Of a stretch of DNA of 64,000 bases, positions 1-9,647 are shown one piece after another. The translations under genes and the position numbers were made by a program. The first letter of the stretch is position 1, and the number at the start of each line of letters is the position of its first letter. The notes under the pieces were generated by a model that did not search any database, had not been told where the DNA came from, and saw only the letters and a list, made by a program, of their open reading frames with translations. The stretch spans positions 5,869 through 69,868 of the forward strand of contig VMSZ01000010.1 of NCBI GenBank assembly GCA_013791885.1. The letters are read 5' to 3'. Origin of the DNA: Sulfurimonas sp. (GTDB lineage: Bacteria; Campylobacterota; Campylobacteria; Campylobacterales; Sulfurimonadaceae).

Positions 1-180
1 TAATCCTGCATACGAACCTTCTAGAGCAGGTAAACAAGTCCATGTAGGAGCAAGAACATTTTCTTGCATACAGCGATAATCGTCGCTTGCAGCACCCGGT
101 ATGACTTCTTTGTCACTACATCCGGAAATTGACGCCGCAATCAAACCAGCAAGAGCGATTGATGATAAAGTTTTGAACAT
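1..180 (-). CDS. Lipoprotein, N-terminal part only (gene runs off the window start)
   Basis: Reverse-strand ATG at 180-178. Translation MFKTLSSIALAGLIAASISGCSDKEVIPGAASDDYRCMQE has a signal peptide ending in lipobox ISG|C. Absent from the ORF track because it is truncated. Confidence 0.55.
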   Translation of the reverse strand, partial: MFKTLSSIALAGLIAASISGCSDKEVIPGAASDDYRCMQENVLAPTWTCLPALEGSYAGL

Positions 181-318
181 TTTTGAATCCTTAATAATAT
201 ATTGAGTGCTATGGTAGCACATAATTAAATATAATTTATTAACTATGACGTATTATTTAGATGTTTAAGCAAAAAAATAAGTTTCCTAAGTTTAGCTACA
301 TTCGATATACTTGCGTTT

Positions 319-759
319 ATGAAATATTATGCTTATGAAGAATTTAAAAACGATACAAACACCTTGATTTCCAAGGTAAAAGGTTTCCAGGCTGAAGCGA
401 TTCTAGCTATTGCCAGAGGCGGATTGACGCTCTCTCACGCAATGGCTGAGGGTTTAGACATTAGAGAGGTTCAGTCTATCCGAACTGAACTCTATGACAA
501 AACATGTAAGCGCGATAGTATCACTGTTTTTGACAGTTGTGAGTTTAAGAGTGTAAAAAGAGTTTTAGTTGTTGATGATATTGCGGACAGCGGAGAAACG
601 CTTGAAGTCATCATGAAGCATCTGCAGGAGAAATACAGCGAGATAGAGTTTAAATCTTGTACGCTGTTTTATAAAACAACGTCCATCTATGAACCTCATT
701 TTTGGGTGAATGAAGCGAATGACTGGATAGATTTTTTTTGGGAAAGAGATTTTAAATAA
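319..759 (+). CDS. Purine phosphoribosyltransferase (xanthine-guanine PRT-like)
   Basis: 146 aa. PRPP-binding motif VLVVDDIADSGETL. Size and N-terminal region resemble Gpt-type PRTases. Confidence 0.7.
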   Translation: MKYYAYEEFKNDTNTLISKVKGFQAEAILAIARGGLTLSHAMAEGLDIREVQSIRTELYDKTCKRDSITVFDSCEFKSVKRVLVVDDIADSGETLEVIMKHLQEKYSEIEFKSCTLFYKTTSIYEPHFWVNEANDWIDFFWERDFK

Positions 760-762
760 TCT

Positions 763-1137
763 TTATTCTCTGTGCCCAGCATGCGTTTGGGTAAAATCTG
801 TTTCATAAATATAAGCAGAGATTGTCTCTAATGTCTCTTTGTCGTAGCCGAGTTCTGGCATGAGCTCATATTTATCTACCGCTTCTAGCATGATGGAACT
901 TTCTTTTTTTGGCTTAATCACCCAGTCTGACATATATTCCACAAAATTTTCTTTATTTGGAAAAGCTCTTAAATAGTTCTCTCTTACTTCCATGATGGAT
1001 GGCGCAGAGAGTGTTTTTGTTTCGGCGTGGCAGGTGATACAGTTGCCGTGAAAAAGCAGAGCACCCATTGAGTCTGCGTTTATGCTTGAGCTAAAGAGTA
1101 GAATAAAAGATGCCAGATAAAAATTATTTTTTAGCAT
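763..1137 (-). CDS. Periplasmic c-type cytochrome
   Basis: 124 aa. N-terminal signal peptide and a single heme-binding motif CITCH (CxxCH). Confidence 0.75.
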   Translation of the reverse strand: MLKNNFYLASFILLFSSSINADSMGALLFHGNCITCHAETKTLSAPSIMEVRENYLRAFPNKENFVEYMSDWVIKPKKESSIMLEAVDKYELMPELGYDKETLETISAYIYETDFTQTHAGHRE

Positions 1138-1900
1138 CTTTAATCATCTCATACGCCTGATTAATCTCTTGTGTTTTAGCTGTTGCTTCTTGCATATACG
1201 CTTCATCTTTGCCTTGAGACTTGATGATGTCAGGATGGTATTCGCGGATAAGTTTTCTGTAGGCTTTTTTAATCGTATCCATGTCATCACTTGCGTTTAC
1301 TCCTAAAAGTTTGTACGCATCGTTGATGTTTGCTTTTGGCTGTATGTTTTGCATCATCTTCTCAAATTTATCAAAGATTGCATGGTAAGTGTTTGGATCA
1401 AACTCAAGTGCCTGTGCGATTTTTTGAAGTATCTCTTCTTCACTTTTACTCACTTCTCCATCAACAAAGGCCAACTGGATTAAAAAGCCCATAAACTGCT
1501 GCGTTTTTGCTTTGTCGCGTTTGATGGAAGTAGCAAGCATATGTGCAATTTGTTCTGTGTTATGCAATACTTCTTTTTCTTCGTTAAAAATCTCTTTAAG
1601 TATCTCTTTGGTTTTGTGAGGTTCTGGAAAAACATTTGAAATGTCATCAAACATTATACCTATAAGCTGTGCTTCGAGCGCATCTACTCTGCCATCAGCT
1701 TTTGCAACCTTTGCAACAAGAGCCACAAAAAGGCCAAGTTCGCTTTTTTGCAGGGCTTCTTTAGTGACAGAAAAGTTTTTGAATGCTTCTTTGGAGTAGT
1801 CCGTGTAGCGAGAGTAGCTCTTAAAAATGTAATAAAAAACAGCAGCTAAAATAGCTAAAACGATGATATTTCCCATGATTATCCTTTGATTTGATGGCAA
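1124..1900 (-). CDS. djlA: DjlA-like membrane co-chaperone (TerB-like domain plus C-terminal J domain)
   Basis: 258 aa. N-terminal TM helix. C-terminal J domain with YRKLIREYHPD (HPD motif). Overlaps the downstream cytochrome gene by 14 nt. Confidence 0.7.
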   Translation of the reverse strand: MPSNQRIIMGNIIVLAILAAVFYYIFKSYSRYTDYSKEAFKNFSVTKEALQKSELGLFVALVAKVAKADGRVDALEAQLIGIMFDDISNVFPEPHKTKEILKEIFNEEKEVLHNTEQIAHMLATSIKRDKAKTQQFMGFLIQLAFVDGEVSKSEEEILQKIAQALEFDPNTYHAIFDKFEKMMQNIQPKANINDAYKLLGVNASDDMDTIKKAYRKLIREYHPDIIKSQGKDEAYMQEATAKTQEINQAYEMIKDAKK

Positions 1901-1931
1901 AATTATACATAGAAATGGCTACAATTCGCCC

Positions 1932-2819
1932 ATGAATAGAATTAAAAATTTAGATGCCGGCGTTAAATATATGCTTTTAGCCTCACTCACCTTTGCGTTT
2001 ATGGGAGCTTTTGCAAAACTCTCTTCTCTCTATATGCCCTCATTGGAAGTGGTTTTTTTTAGAAATATTGCGGGCGTAGTCCTCATAGGTTTGGCAGTTT
2101 TAAAAAAGCCGATGACGCACGTCGGCGGAAAGCCTTGGCTTCTTTTGTTTCGAGGTACCATGGGCTTTTTGGCTCTGCTTGCGTTTTTTTATAACATAGC
2201 GCATATTTCACTCGGGGACGCCATGACTTTTTCAAAAACCTCTACCATCTTTACGGCAATTTTTGCATGGATATTTTTAAAAGAAAAACTCACGTTTGCG
2301 GGTTGGCTGGCCATCGGGGTTGGTTTTGTGGGCATAGTGATGATAACGCAGCCAAGCGGCGTCGGTTTTTCCAAGTATGATCTGCTGGGAATTTTCAGCG
2401 GCATCGGTGCGGCACTTGCCTATACTTCCATACGAGAGTTAAAAAAATATTACGACACAAGAGCTATTGTTCTCTCTTTTATGGGCGTGGGAACAGCAGG
2501 GCCGATTCTGCTCTTTTTACTCTCGTCCTACATTACAATTCCAGAGCTAGATTTTATGCTCGGTGAGTTTGTGATGCCAAGCGGAGTTGTATGGTTTTAC
2601 GTGCTTGGTATGGGGCTTTTTGCAACACTCTCACAAGTACTTATGACAAAAGCTTACAGCCAAACGCAGGCCGGAATTGTGGCAACGGTGAGTTATATGA
2701 ACATTCCTTTTTCTATTGCCGTCGGAGTTATGCTTGGAGACTCGCTTCCAAGTATGGCGGTGACGTTTGGTATAGTGCTTATAATCCTTTCGGGCATTAT
2801 GGTTGCAAGGGCTAAGTAG
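1932..2819 (+). CDS. EamA/DMT-family transporter
   Basis: 295 aa, about 10 predicted TM helices in two similar halves, typical of DMT/EamA permeases. Confidence 0.7.
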   Translation: MNRIKNLDAGVKYMLLASLTFAFMGAFAKLSSLYMPSLEVVFFRNIAGVVLIGLAVLKKPMTHVGGKPWLLLFRGTMGFLALLAFFYNIAHISLGDAMTFSKTSTIFTAIFAWIFLKEKLTFAGWLAIGVGFVGIVMITQPSGVGFSKYDLLGIFSGIGAALAYTSIRELKKYYDTRAIVLSFMGVGTAGPILLFLLSSYITIPELDFMLGEFVMPSGVVWFYVLGMGLFATLSQVLMTKAYSQTQAGIVATVSYMNIPFSIAVGVMLGDSLPSMAVTFGIVLIILSGIMVARAK

Positions 2820-2871
2820 ATGTTAAACCCATTATGATATAATCTTTTTCTATTTTTTAAAAGGCAAAAAG

Positions 2872-3663
2872 ATGAAATTACTCGCCGGACCTTGTGTTAT
2901 TGAGAGCGAAGAAAATATATTTAAAATAGCCAAAGCTATGGAGGTTTATCATAATGATCCTTCAATAGATTTCTATTTTAAATCTAGTTTTGACAAAGCA
3001 AACAGAACCTCACTTGAGAGTTTTCGTGGACTCGGCATTGACGAAGGTCTTCGAATTTTGCAAAAAGTAAAAGATGATTTCGGCTATAAAATAGTGACAG
3101 ATGTGCATGAGTCATGTCAGGTGGCTCAGGTTGCTGAGGTTGTAGATATGCTTCAGATACCTGCGTTTTTATGCCGTCAGACAGACTTGCTTGTTGCATG
3201 TGCAAAAACGACAAAAGAGGTAAACATCAAAAAAGGGCAGTTTATTAACCCTCCTGATATGAAATACTCTGTTGCAAAAGTACTCCAAACGCGAGGATGC
3301 AGCGAAGTAACGTATGAAAACTCTCAAAAGCACGGCGTTTATTTATGCGAAAGAGGAAGCTCTTTTGGTTATGGAAACATTGTTGTAGATATGCGCTCTC
3401 TTGTTATCATGAGAGAGTTTGCTCCGACTATTTTTGATGCGACGCACTCTGTTCAAATGCCGGGTGCACTTGGTGGAAAAACAGGCGGAGACAGCTCGAT
3501 GGTTCCATATTTGGCATCTGCTGCTGCGGCTGTTGGTGTTGATGGTTTCTTTTTTGAAACGCACTTTGACCCAAGCTGTGCTTTGAGTGACGGACCAAAT
3601 ATGATCAAGTTTGACGACTTGGCAAAATTAATAGCAAAAATTAAAAAAATACAACAAATATAG
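2872..3663 (+). CDS. kdsA: 3-deoxy-8-phosphooctulonate (KDO-8-P) synthase
   Basis: 263 aa. N-terminus [14 protein letters not shown] plus the [12 protein letters not shown] and DATHSVQ motifs characteristic of KdsA. Confidence 0.9.
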   Translation: MKLLAGPCVIESEENIFKIAKAMEVYHNDPSIDFYFKSSFDKANRTSLESFRGLGIDEGLRILQKVKDDFGYKIVTDVHESCQVAQVAEVVDMLQIPAFLCRQTDLLVACAKTTKEVNIKKGQFINPPDMKYSVAKVLQTRGCSEVTYENSQKHGVYLCERGSSFGYGNIVVDMRSLVIMREFAPTIFDATHSVQMPGALGGKTGGDSSMVPYLASAAAAVGVDGFFFETHFDPSCALSDGPNMIKFDDLAKLIAKIKKIQQI

Positions 3664-3798
3664 TCTCTCTTTTGAAAAAAGAGTAGCTTCAGTGGCCTTA
3701 GCGGCCGTAGCGGAGCAAAAGGGACTTGTTCCTTTTGCGGACAAATAATAGGGAAAAGGTTCCCTTGAATTTTATGAAATAAAATATAAGGAAAAAAG

Positions 3799-4263
3799 AT
3801 GAAACTAGTTGAAGGTAAATTAAAAGTAGTTAACGGCAAGAGAATTGCAATCGTAAGCACAAGATGGAATCACTTTATTGTTGACAGACTTGTAGAAGGT
3901 GCAAAAGATGCATTCGCACGTCATGGCGGAAATGATGAAGATTTAACGCATGTTTTAGTTCCGGGTGCATTTGAGCTTCCAATGGTAATTGACCAAATAC
4001 TTGCAAGCGGCAAATATGACGCTGTATGTGCTTTGGGTGCTGTTATCCGTGGGGCAACTCCTCACTTTGATTATGTATCTGCCGAAGCTACAAAAGGGAT
4101 TGCAACTATCTCTTTAAAACACAGAAAACCTGTATCTTTTGGACTTTTGACAACAGACACTATTGAGCAGTCTATTGAGCGTGCGGGAACAAAAGCAGGA
4201 AACAAAGGTTTTGAAGCGATGACAGTTGTTATTGAACTTTTAGACCTTTATGAGGTACTGTAA
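3799..4263 (+). CDS. ribH: 6,7-dimethyl-8-ribityllumazine synthase
   Basis: 154 aa. [20 protein letters not shown] and [14 protein letters not shown] motifs. AAGGA Shine-Dalgarno upstream. Confidence 0.92.
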   Translation: MKLVEGKLKVVNGKRIAIVSTRWNHFIVDRLVEGAKDAFARHGGNDEDLTHVLVPGAFELPMVIDQILASGKYDAVCALGAVIRGATPHFDYVSAEATKGIATISLKHRKPVSFGLLTTDTIEQSIERAGTKAGNKGFEAMTVVIELLDLYEVL

Positions 4264-4664
4264 TGGCAACGAGACACCACGCCCGTATGGCTGTAGTGAG
4301 TCTTTTATATGCATATGATTTGGGGAATGGAAGCATTGCTGAACATACAGATGAGATTTTAGAAGAGAAAAAAATCCGTAACAAACAAAAAGATTTTGCT
4401 TTAGCGCTTTTTGACGGGGTTATGAAAAATTTGGAAGTATGTGACAAAGCAATTATAACGCACCTAAAAGAGTGGGATTTTGAGAGACTAGGCTCTATTG
4501 AGAGAGCAACACTCAGACTTGCAGCGTATGAGATACTTTTTGGCGAACTTGATTCGGCTGTTGTCATTAACGAAGCGGTTGAGATTACAAAAGCATTTGG
4601 AACAGAGCAGTCACCGAAGTTTATTAACGGTGTCTTAGATGCGATATCTAAAGACAAACAATAG
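4263..4664 (+). CDS. nusB: Transcription antitermination factor NusB
   Basis: 133 aa. RHHARMAVVSLLY N-terminus and classic ribH-nusB order with a TAATG 1-nt overlap. Confidence 0.9.
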   Translation: MATRHHARMAVVSLLYAYDLGNGSIAEHTDEILEEKKIRNKQKDFALALFDGVMKNLEVCDKAIITHLKEWDFERLGSIERATLRLAAYEILFGELDSAVVINEAVEITKAFGTEQSPKFINGVLDAISKDKQ

Positions 4665-4722
4665 TCATTAACTTTATATGATTTTGCTATAAATTTTTAA
4701 AATTAATATATAAAGTAGTTTT

Positions 4723-5772
4723 ATGAAAAGATTGACAAAAGAAGAAGCACTTGATTTAATTAAAAACGCAGATCTCAAAGAACTTGGCCGCATGGCAAGT
4801 GCAAGAAAAAAAGAGCTCCATCCTGAAGGTATTACGACTTTTGTAGTTGATAGAAATATCAATTACACAAACATCTGTTGGGTAGACTGCAAGTTTTGTG
4901 CATTTTACAGACATGAAAAAGATGCAGATGCTTATGTACTTACGTACGAAGAGATAGATGCCAAGATTGATGAGCTTTTGGAGATTGGCGGGACACAGAT
5001 ACTTTTTCAAGGCGGTGTGCATCCTAAACTCAAAATTGAGTGGTATGAGGATTTAGTTGAACACATTCATCTGAAATACCCGCAAATTACTATCCATGGA
5101 TTTTCTTCGATTGAAATAGATTTCATTGCCAAAGTTTCTCGCATTACTGTAGAAGAAGTGCTCGCACGTTTAAAAGCAAAAGGCTTGGCTTCTATTCCAG
5201 GAGCCGGAGCAGAAATTCTAAGCGACAAAGTTCGTGATATTATCGCACCTAAAAAGATAGATTCTGATGTTTGGGTAGATATCCACAGAAAAGCGCATAA
5301 ACTTGATATAAAATCAACTGCTACCATGATGTACGGGACAGTTGAAACAGATGAAGACATCATCGACCATTTCGACATGATACGTAATCTTCAAGATGAA
5401 ACGGGCGGTTTTCGCGCTTTCATTATGTGGAGTTTTCAAGGCAAGCATACAGAACTTTTAGCACAGATTCCGGATATGGAAAAACCATCCTCAAACCGAT
5501 ACCTGCGTTTACTCGCAGTGGCACGTTTGTATCTTGACAATGTTCCGAACATTCAAAGTTCATGGGTAACACAAGGGCCGTACATCGGTCAGATGGCGCT
5601 GCGTTTTGGTGCGAATGATTTGGGTTCGACCATGATGGAAGAAAATGTTGTTAGCTCTGCCGGTGCCGCATACACAATGGCAAAAAGTGAGATGGTGCAT
5701 CTTATTCAAGACATCGGAGAAAAAGCTGCGGTGAGAAATACGGCGTATGAAATTTTAGAGAAATTCGCATAG
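4723..5772 (+). CDS. Radical SAM menaquinone (futalosine pathway) enzyme, MqnC/MqnE family
   Basis: 349 aa. NYTNICWVDCKFCAF radical-SAM cluster motif and CofH/MqnC/MqnE-like length. I cannot separate MqnC from MqnE by eye. Confidence 0.75.
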   Translation: MKRLTKEEALDLIKNADLKELGRMASARKKELHPEGITTFVVDRNINYTNICWVDCKFCAFYRHEKDADAYVLTYEEIDAKIDELLEIGGTQILFQGGVHPKLKIEWYEDLVEHIHLKYPQITIHGFSSIEIDFIAKVSRITVEEVLARLKAKGLASIPGAGAEILSDKVRDIIAPKKIDSDVWVDIHRKAHKLDIKSTATMMYGTVETDEDIIDHFDMIRNLQDETGGFRAFIMWSFQGKHTELLAQIPDMEKPSSNRYLRLLAVARLYLDNVPNIQSSWVTQGPYIGQMALRFGANDLGSTMMEENVVSSAGAAYTMAKSEMVHLIQDIGEKAAVRNTAYEILEKFA

Positions 5773-7056
5773 ATGAAAAAAATATTTTATACATTTTTAA
5801 TTTTAGGACAAATACTTATGGCAGCAAAAATTGATTTTTTAGAGACAAGCGGTTTAAAAATACCAATTATTTATGAGCAGGACAAACGACTTCCTTTGGT
5901 GACACTGCAGTTTACTTTTACAAACAGCGGAAGCATAACAGACGTCTCAAAGGCAGGTCTGGCAAAATTTAGCGCAAAGATTATGAATGAAGGAACAAAA
6001 GAGTTAGGCAGTTCTGCGTTTGCAGAAGCTTTAGAAGCCAAAGCAATTCACATATCTGCTCATTCAGGTACTGAGACTTTTATTGTAGAACTTGGCTGTC
6101 TGAGTGAAAATTTTGATGAGGGACTTGAGCATTTTGATGCACTTTTAAAAAGTCCAAATGTAAGTCAAGAATCAGTAGACAAAGTAAAAACAATGACTCT
6201 CGGTGCCCTGAGCAGAAAAGAGAATGACTTTGATTACATCGCAGGAAATGAACTCAATGCACTTTTGTTTGAAGGAAGCGTTTTGGCTCAGCCCTCTTCA
6301 GGAACTATGGAAAGTGTAAAGTCAATTGAGCTTAAAGATGTAGAAAATTTTGTTCGTACAAATCTTGTAAGTTCAAAGCTTATCGTTGTTCTTGGCGGAG
6401 ATATTGACCTTGAAGTTGCAAAGAAAAAAATAGCAAAAGTTATTGATTCTATGAACAAAGGTTCATCGAGCGAAGTTATCAATGTTCAAGCAAGTAAAGA
6501 GCAAAAAGAGAAGATTTTAAAAAGAGATACGGAACAGGCTTATGTCTATTTCGGTTCTCCATACAATATGAGTGCAGATGATGAAGAGCAGTATAAAGCC
6601 AGAGTCGCTACTTTCATTTTAGGAACTGGCGGTTTTGGTTCTCGTTTAATGGAAGAAGTACGCGTTAAACGCGGTCTTGCATATTCGGCATATGCACGTA
6701 CAAATATTACAAAGTCAAGCAGTTCATTTAACGGTTATTTACAAACAAAACTTGATTCTTTAGAGGAAGCGAGAACAACTGTTAACTCTGTGATTGCAGA
6801 CTTTGTGAGGGATGGTGTGACGCAAGATGAACTCGAGCAAACACAGAAGTTTTTACTTGGAAGTGAACCGCTGAGAGTTGAGACTATGAGCCAAAGACTT
6901 AACCGTACTTTTTTAGAGTACTATAAAGGTCAAGAACTTGGTTTTGCGGCAATAGAGTTAGAAAAAATCAAGAACTTAAAACTTGAAGATTTAAATGCAT
7001 TTATAAAAAAACATACCGAGATAGTTAATCTTAGTTATTCGATTGTGACCAAATAA
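5773..7056 (+). CDS. M16 (pitrilysin) family protein, predicted non-catalytic
   Basis: 427 aa with signal peptide and M16 fold-like layout. The zinc-motif position reads AKFSAKIMNEGT instead of HxxEHxxFxGT. Confidence 0.7.
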   Translation: MKKIFYTFLILGQILMAAKIDFLETSGLKIPIIYEQDKRLPLVTLQFTFTNSGSITDVSKAGLAKFSAKIMNEGTKELGSSAFAEALEAKAIHISAHSGTETFIVELGCLSENFDEGLEHFDALLKSPNVSQESVDKVKTMTLGALSRKENDFDYIAGNELNALLFEGSVLAQPSSGTMESVKSIELKDVENFVRTNLVSSKLIVVLGGDIDLEVAKKKIAKVIDSMNKGSSSEVINVQASKEQKEKILKRDTEQAYVYFGSPYNMSADDEEQYKARVATFILGTGGFGSRLMEEVRVKRGLAYSAYARTNITKSSSSFNGYLQTKLDSLEEARTTVNSVIADFVRDGVTQDELEQTQKFLLGSEPLRVETMSQRLNRTFLEYYKGQELGFAAIELEKIKNLKLEDLNAFIKKHTEIVNLSYSIVTK

Positions 7057-7082
7057 ATATTTCAAAATGCAATATTTATTTT

Positions 7083-7118
7083 CTTAGGTTAAAAAAGTAG
7101 CTACTCTTTTAACCTAAG
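7083..7118 (+). terminator. 12-bp stem-loop between the M16 gene and recG. The 3' arm covers the recG Shine-Dalgarno.
   Basis: CTTAGGTTAAAA (7083-7094) pairs perfectly with TTTTAACCTAAG (7107-7118). The recG AAGGA SD starts inside the 3' arm. Confidence 0.5.
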
Positions 7119-7126
7119 GATGAAAA

Positions 7127-8923
7127 ATGAATCTTACAAAAGAGCAAGCAGTAAAATTTAAAAAATTGGGCATCAACAGCTTTAGCGAGCTTGCTCTTTG
7201 TATTCCCCACTCCTATGAAGATTATACACTTCGTGACAAACTTCAGATTCATAAAACTCAACTCATTGACGCGACCGTTGAGTCTGTTTACCGTTCTCCC
7301 AACTCTCTGCAAATTACATTTTACGCACATAATTTCGGACACCATGTAATGGGTGTTTTATTTCGTCCAAAACCCTATATGATGCATCAGTTTATTGTCG
7401 GTGAGAGAGATTACTATTATGGTCTTATAGAGTGTAAAGTAGGGCATTGCAGTATGAGTATGCCAAGAAAGGTAGGCAGTTCAGGAGGTATTGCTCCTAA
7501 GTACAAGTGTGGGTTGCGTAGTGACGTAATGTTGCGTTTAGTTCAAACCGCTTTAAACGCAGAGAATTTACGAGGTGAAGGTTTAAGTGAAAAGGTAATA
7601 AACGCAGTCTTGAAACTACATTTTCCTGATGAAACTATTTTCGAAAGCAAAGAGCTCTCAAAAGAGTCTTTGGACGCTCTCAAATATATAGAACTTTTCA
7701 CCTACATGAAACAGTTGTCCGCAAAAAGACGCTATTTTGAGGCGCTTAAAAGTCCAAAATCTAAGTACGACAAGTGGGCAAAAACACTTCCTTTTGAATT
7801 GACAGCAGAGCAGATAAACGCGATAGAAGAGATACAAAAAGATATTTCAAAAGATATCGCAGCAAAACGCATGGTTGTCGGCGATGTTGGAAGCGGAAAA
7901 ACAATGGTAATTTTAGCCTCTGCGTTTATGATGGCTCCACACCGTTCAATACTTATGGCTCCGACTACCATTTTGGCAAACCAGCTTTTTGAAGAGGCAC
8001 AGAAGTTTTTGCCAAATTTGAGAACTGTTTTAGTAACCAACAAAACGAAAAAAGTAGACTTAAGCGAATATGATTTCATCATAGGAACACATGCACTTTT
8101 ATATAGAGAGTTACCAGAAGCAGGGCTTGTCATGGTAGATGAACAACACCGTTTCGGGACACAGCAGAGAAATATGTTGGATAAACTTGTAAGCGAGGGA
8201 CCGAGAAAACCGCACTTTTTACAGTTCTCTGCAACACCCATACCAAGAACGCAGGCCATGATAGAGACGGCACACATAGATGTCTCTCTCATTACATCAA
8301 CTCCATTTACTAAAGACATTGACTCCAAGGTAATTCATAAGAGTGACTTCAAAGAGTTGCTTGTAAAAATTAAAGAAGAAATAGCAGAGGGGAATCAAGT
8401 TTTGCTTGTTTATCCGCTTGTTGAGCAGAGCGAGATGATAGAGTATCAAAGCATAGATGAAGCACGTGTATACTGGGAGAAAAACTTTGATGGCGTTTAT
8501 GTGACGCATGGCAAAGACAAAGAAAAAGAGCAGGTGCTTTTTGATTTTAGAGAAAACGGAAAAATCCTTATTGCCACTACGGTTGTAGAGGTTGGAATCT
8601 CACTTCCTAGACTTACAACCGTGGTGATAGTAGGCGCTGAGAGATTAGGGCTCTCTACGCTTCATCAGTTACGTGGACGTGTGAGCCGTGCAGGTTTAAA
8701 GGGCTATTGTTATCTTTATACAAACAAAAATAGTTCTGAAAGACTTGATGAGTTTGTCAACACGACAAGCGGATTTGACATAGCAAACCTTGATTTGAAG
8801 TTTAGAAAAAGCGGTGATTTACTTAAAGGCGCCAACCAGAGCGGTACACAATTTCGTTTTGTTGACTTGGTGGAAGACGAAGAGATAGTTAGAAGTGTCA
8901 AAAATGATTTAAAATTGAAATAA
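7127..8923 (+). CDS. recG: ATP-dependent DNA helicase RecG
   Basis: 598 aa. Walker A GDVGSGKT, DEQHRFG (DEAH-like box), QLRGRVSR motif VI. Confidence 0.9.
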   Translation: MNLTKEQAVKFKKLGINSFSELALCIPHSYEDYTLRDKLQIHKTQLIDATVESVYRSPNSLQITFYAHNFGHHVMGVLFRPKPYMMHQFIVGERDYYYGLIECKVGHCSMSMPRKVGSSGGIAPKYKCGLRSDVMLRLVQTALNAENLRGEGLSEKVINAVLKLHFPDETIFESKELSKESLDALKYIELFTYMKQLSAKRRYFEALKSPKSKYDKWAKTLPFELTAEQINAIEEIQKDISKDIAAKRMVVGDVGSGKTMVILASAFMMAPHRSILMAPTTILANQLFEEAQKFLPNLRTVLVTNKTKKVDLSEYDFIIGTHALLYRELPEAGLVMVDEQHRFGTQQRNMLDKLVSEGPRKPHFLQFSATPIPRTQAMIETAHIDVSLITSTPFTKDIDSKVIHKSDFKELLVKIKEEIAEGNQVLLVYPLVEQSEMIEYQSIDEARVYWEKNFDGVYVTHGKDKEKEQVLFDFRENGKILIATTVVEVGISLPRLTTVVIVGAERLGLSTLHQLRGRVSRAGLKGYCYLYTNKNSSERLDEFVNTTSGFDIANLDLKFRKSGDLLKGANQSGTQFRFVDLVEDEEIVRSVKNDLKLK

Positions 8924-8991
8924 CTTCACCTTAATACGACTAAAGTCGTATCTCCTAGATGATGTGGTTTGAACTTCATCAAGGCTTGGAG

Positions 8992-9012
8992 ATGAGGCTT
9001 TAGCCTCATTTT
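8992..9012 (+). terminator. Rho-independent terminator of recG
   Basis: ATGAGGC-TTTA-GCCTCAT 7-bp stem followed by TTT(T)G. Flanked by further hairpins at 8934-8951 and 9021-9050. Confidence 0.6.
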
Positions 9013-9059
9013 GTACGACTCAAGAGAGGGTTTCTAGAGATACTCTCTTGCTATAATGG

Positions 9060-9590
9060 CTAGTATAAACCGTACGAACCGTTACTTTTTTTGTATAAAA
9101 CGCGGCTTTTACCTTCGTTGTCTATAAAGATATCAAATACTTTTGTGCTCTCTTTAAGATCAGCCAAAACATCTTCAACTTCACGAGGCTCTAGAGAAAG
9201 AGTTACAGGAACGATTTCGTCTTCCATTGCTTCTGCAGCATCTTTAACGTCAACGGCCTCAGCCTTAACTTCATTCATGCCAACTTTGTGGTGAGTAACA
9301 TCACGGTCGTGCATACGACGCATAGCTTTTTGAGCTCTTGCTGTCGCTAAATCAATAGCAGCATACAAATCATCATCACTTTGTTTGATAATAATAGAGT
9401 TTTTGTGAGCCAAGTTAATAACATACTCAACACATAAGTGGTCTTTACCTTTTTTATTTTGAGCAGATGCGATAACGTTTACAGAGATAATATCCATGTG
9501 AAATTTGCTAAGTGTATCTATAGAAGTGTTCATGTGAGCTTTGATAGCATCAGTAAGCTCAACATGTCTTCCAGTTAATGAAATATTCAT
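9060..9590 (-). CDS. hpf: Ribosome hibernation promoting factor (long HPF)
   Basis: 176 aa. MNISLTGRHVELTDAIK N-terminus typical of HPF/YfiA, plus a C-terminal dimerisation extension. Confidence 0.88.
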   Translation of the reverse strand: MNISLTGRHVELTDAIKAHMNTSIDTLSKFHMDIISVNVIASAQNKKGKDHLCVEYVINLAHKNSIIIKQSDDDLYAAIDLATARAQKAMRRMHDRDVTHHKVGMNEVKAEAVDVKDAAEAMEDEIVPVTLSLEPREVEDVLADLKESTKVFDIFIDNEGKSRVLYKKSNGSYGLY

Positions 9591-9620
9591 TACTAGTCCT
9601 TGTTGTTTAAATGAAAAAAA

Positions 9621-9629
9621 ATTATAGCA
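9621..9629 (-). promoter_or_regulatory. Extended -10 promoter (TGCTATAAT) of hpf
   Basis: The reverse strand reads TGCTATAAT about 30 nt upstream of the hpf ATG, followed by an AAGGA SD. Confidence 0.5.
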
Positions 9630-9647
9630 TTAAAAGGTTTATAAGAC

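Noticed and set aside
206-220. Palindrome GTGCTA-TGG-TAGCAC in the divergent promoter region between the truncated lipoprotein gene and the PRT gene
   Set aside because: A single 6-bp inverted repeat is too short to separate from chance without comparative data.
3664-3798. Possible FMN (RFN) riboswitch or tRNA-like fragment in the 135-nt spacer upstream of ribH (GTAGCTTCAGTGGCCTTAGCGG resembles a tRNA D-arm)
   Set aside because: The conserved RFN blocks (GGUGAAAUUCC, CCGACAGU, GGAUGG-type) are absent. No cloverleaf can be drawn: the would-be T-arm GGGAA-AAGG-TTCCC has a 4-nt loop and there is no acceptor pairing. I treat it as a set of terminator-like hairpins.
7732-8328. Long antisense or alternative-frame ORFs inside well-conserved genes. 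Examples: 7732-8328 in recG, 19037-19522 in bamD, 52819-53256 over uvrD/truB, 3453-3860, 4229-4657, 47750-48100, 24162-24551 and 26166-26516.
   Set aside because: Each lies entirely inside or across a gene with clear family motifs on the other strand or frame. They have biased low-complexity composition (Ser/Leu/Ile/Phe rich) and no SD, as expected for chance ORFs in AT-rich DNA.
9049-9057. Plus-strand TGCTATAAT at the 3' end of hpf that could drive an antisense RNA, plus the antisense ORF 9091-9294
   Set aside because: My rough estimate is that a 9-nt TGnTATAAT match should occur several times by chance in 128 kb of AT-rich sequence. There is no associated terminator or conserved ORF, and the 67-aa antisense ORF is low-complexity Ser/Thr/Leu.
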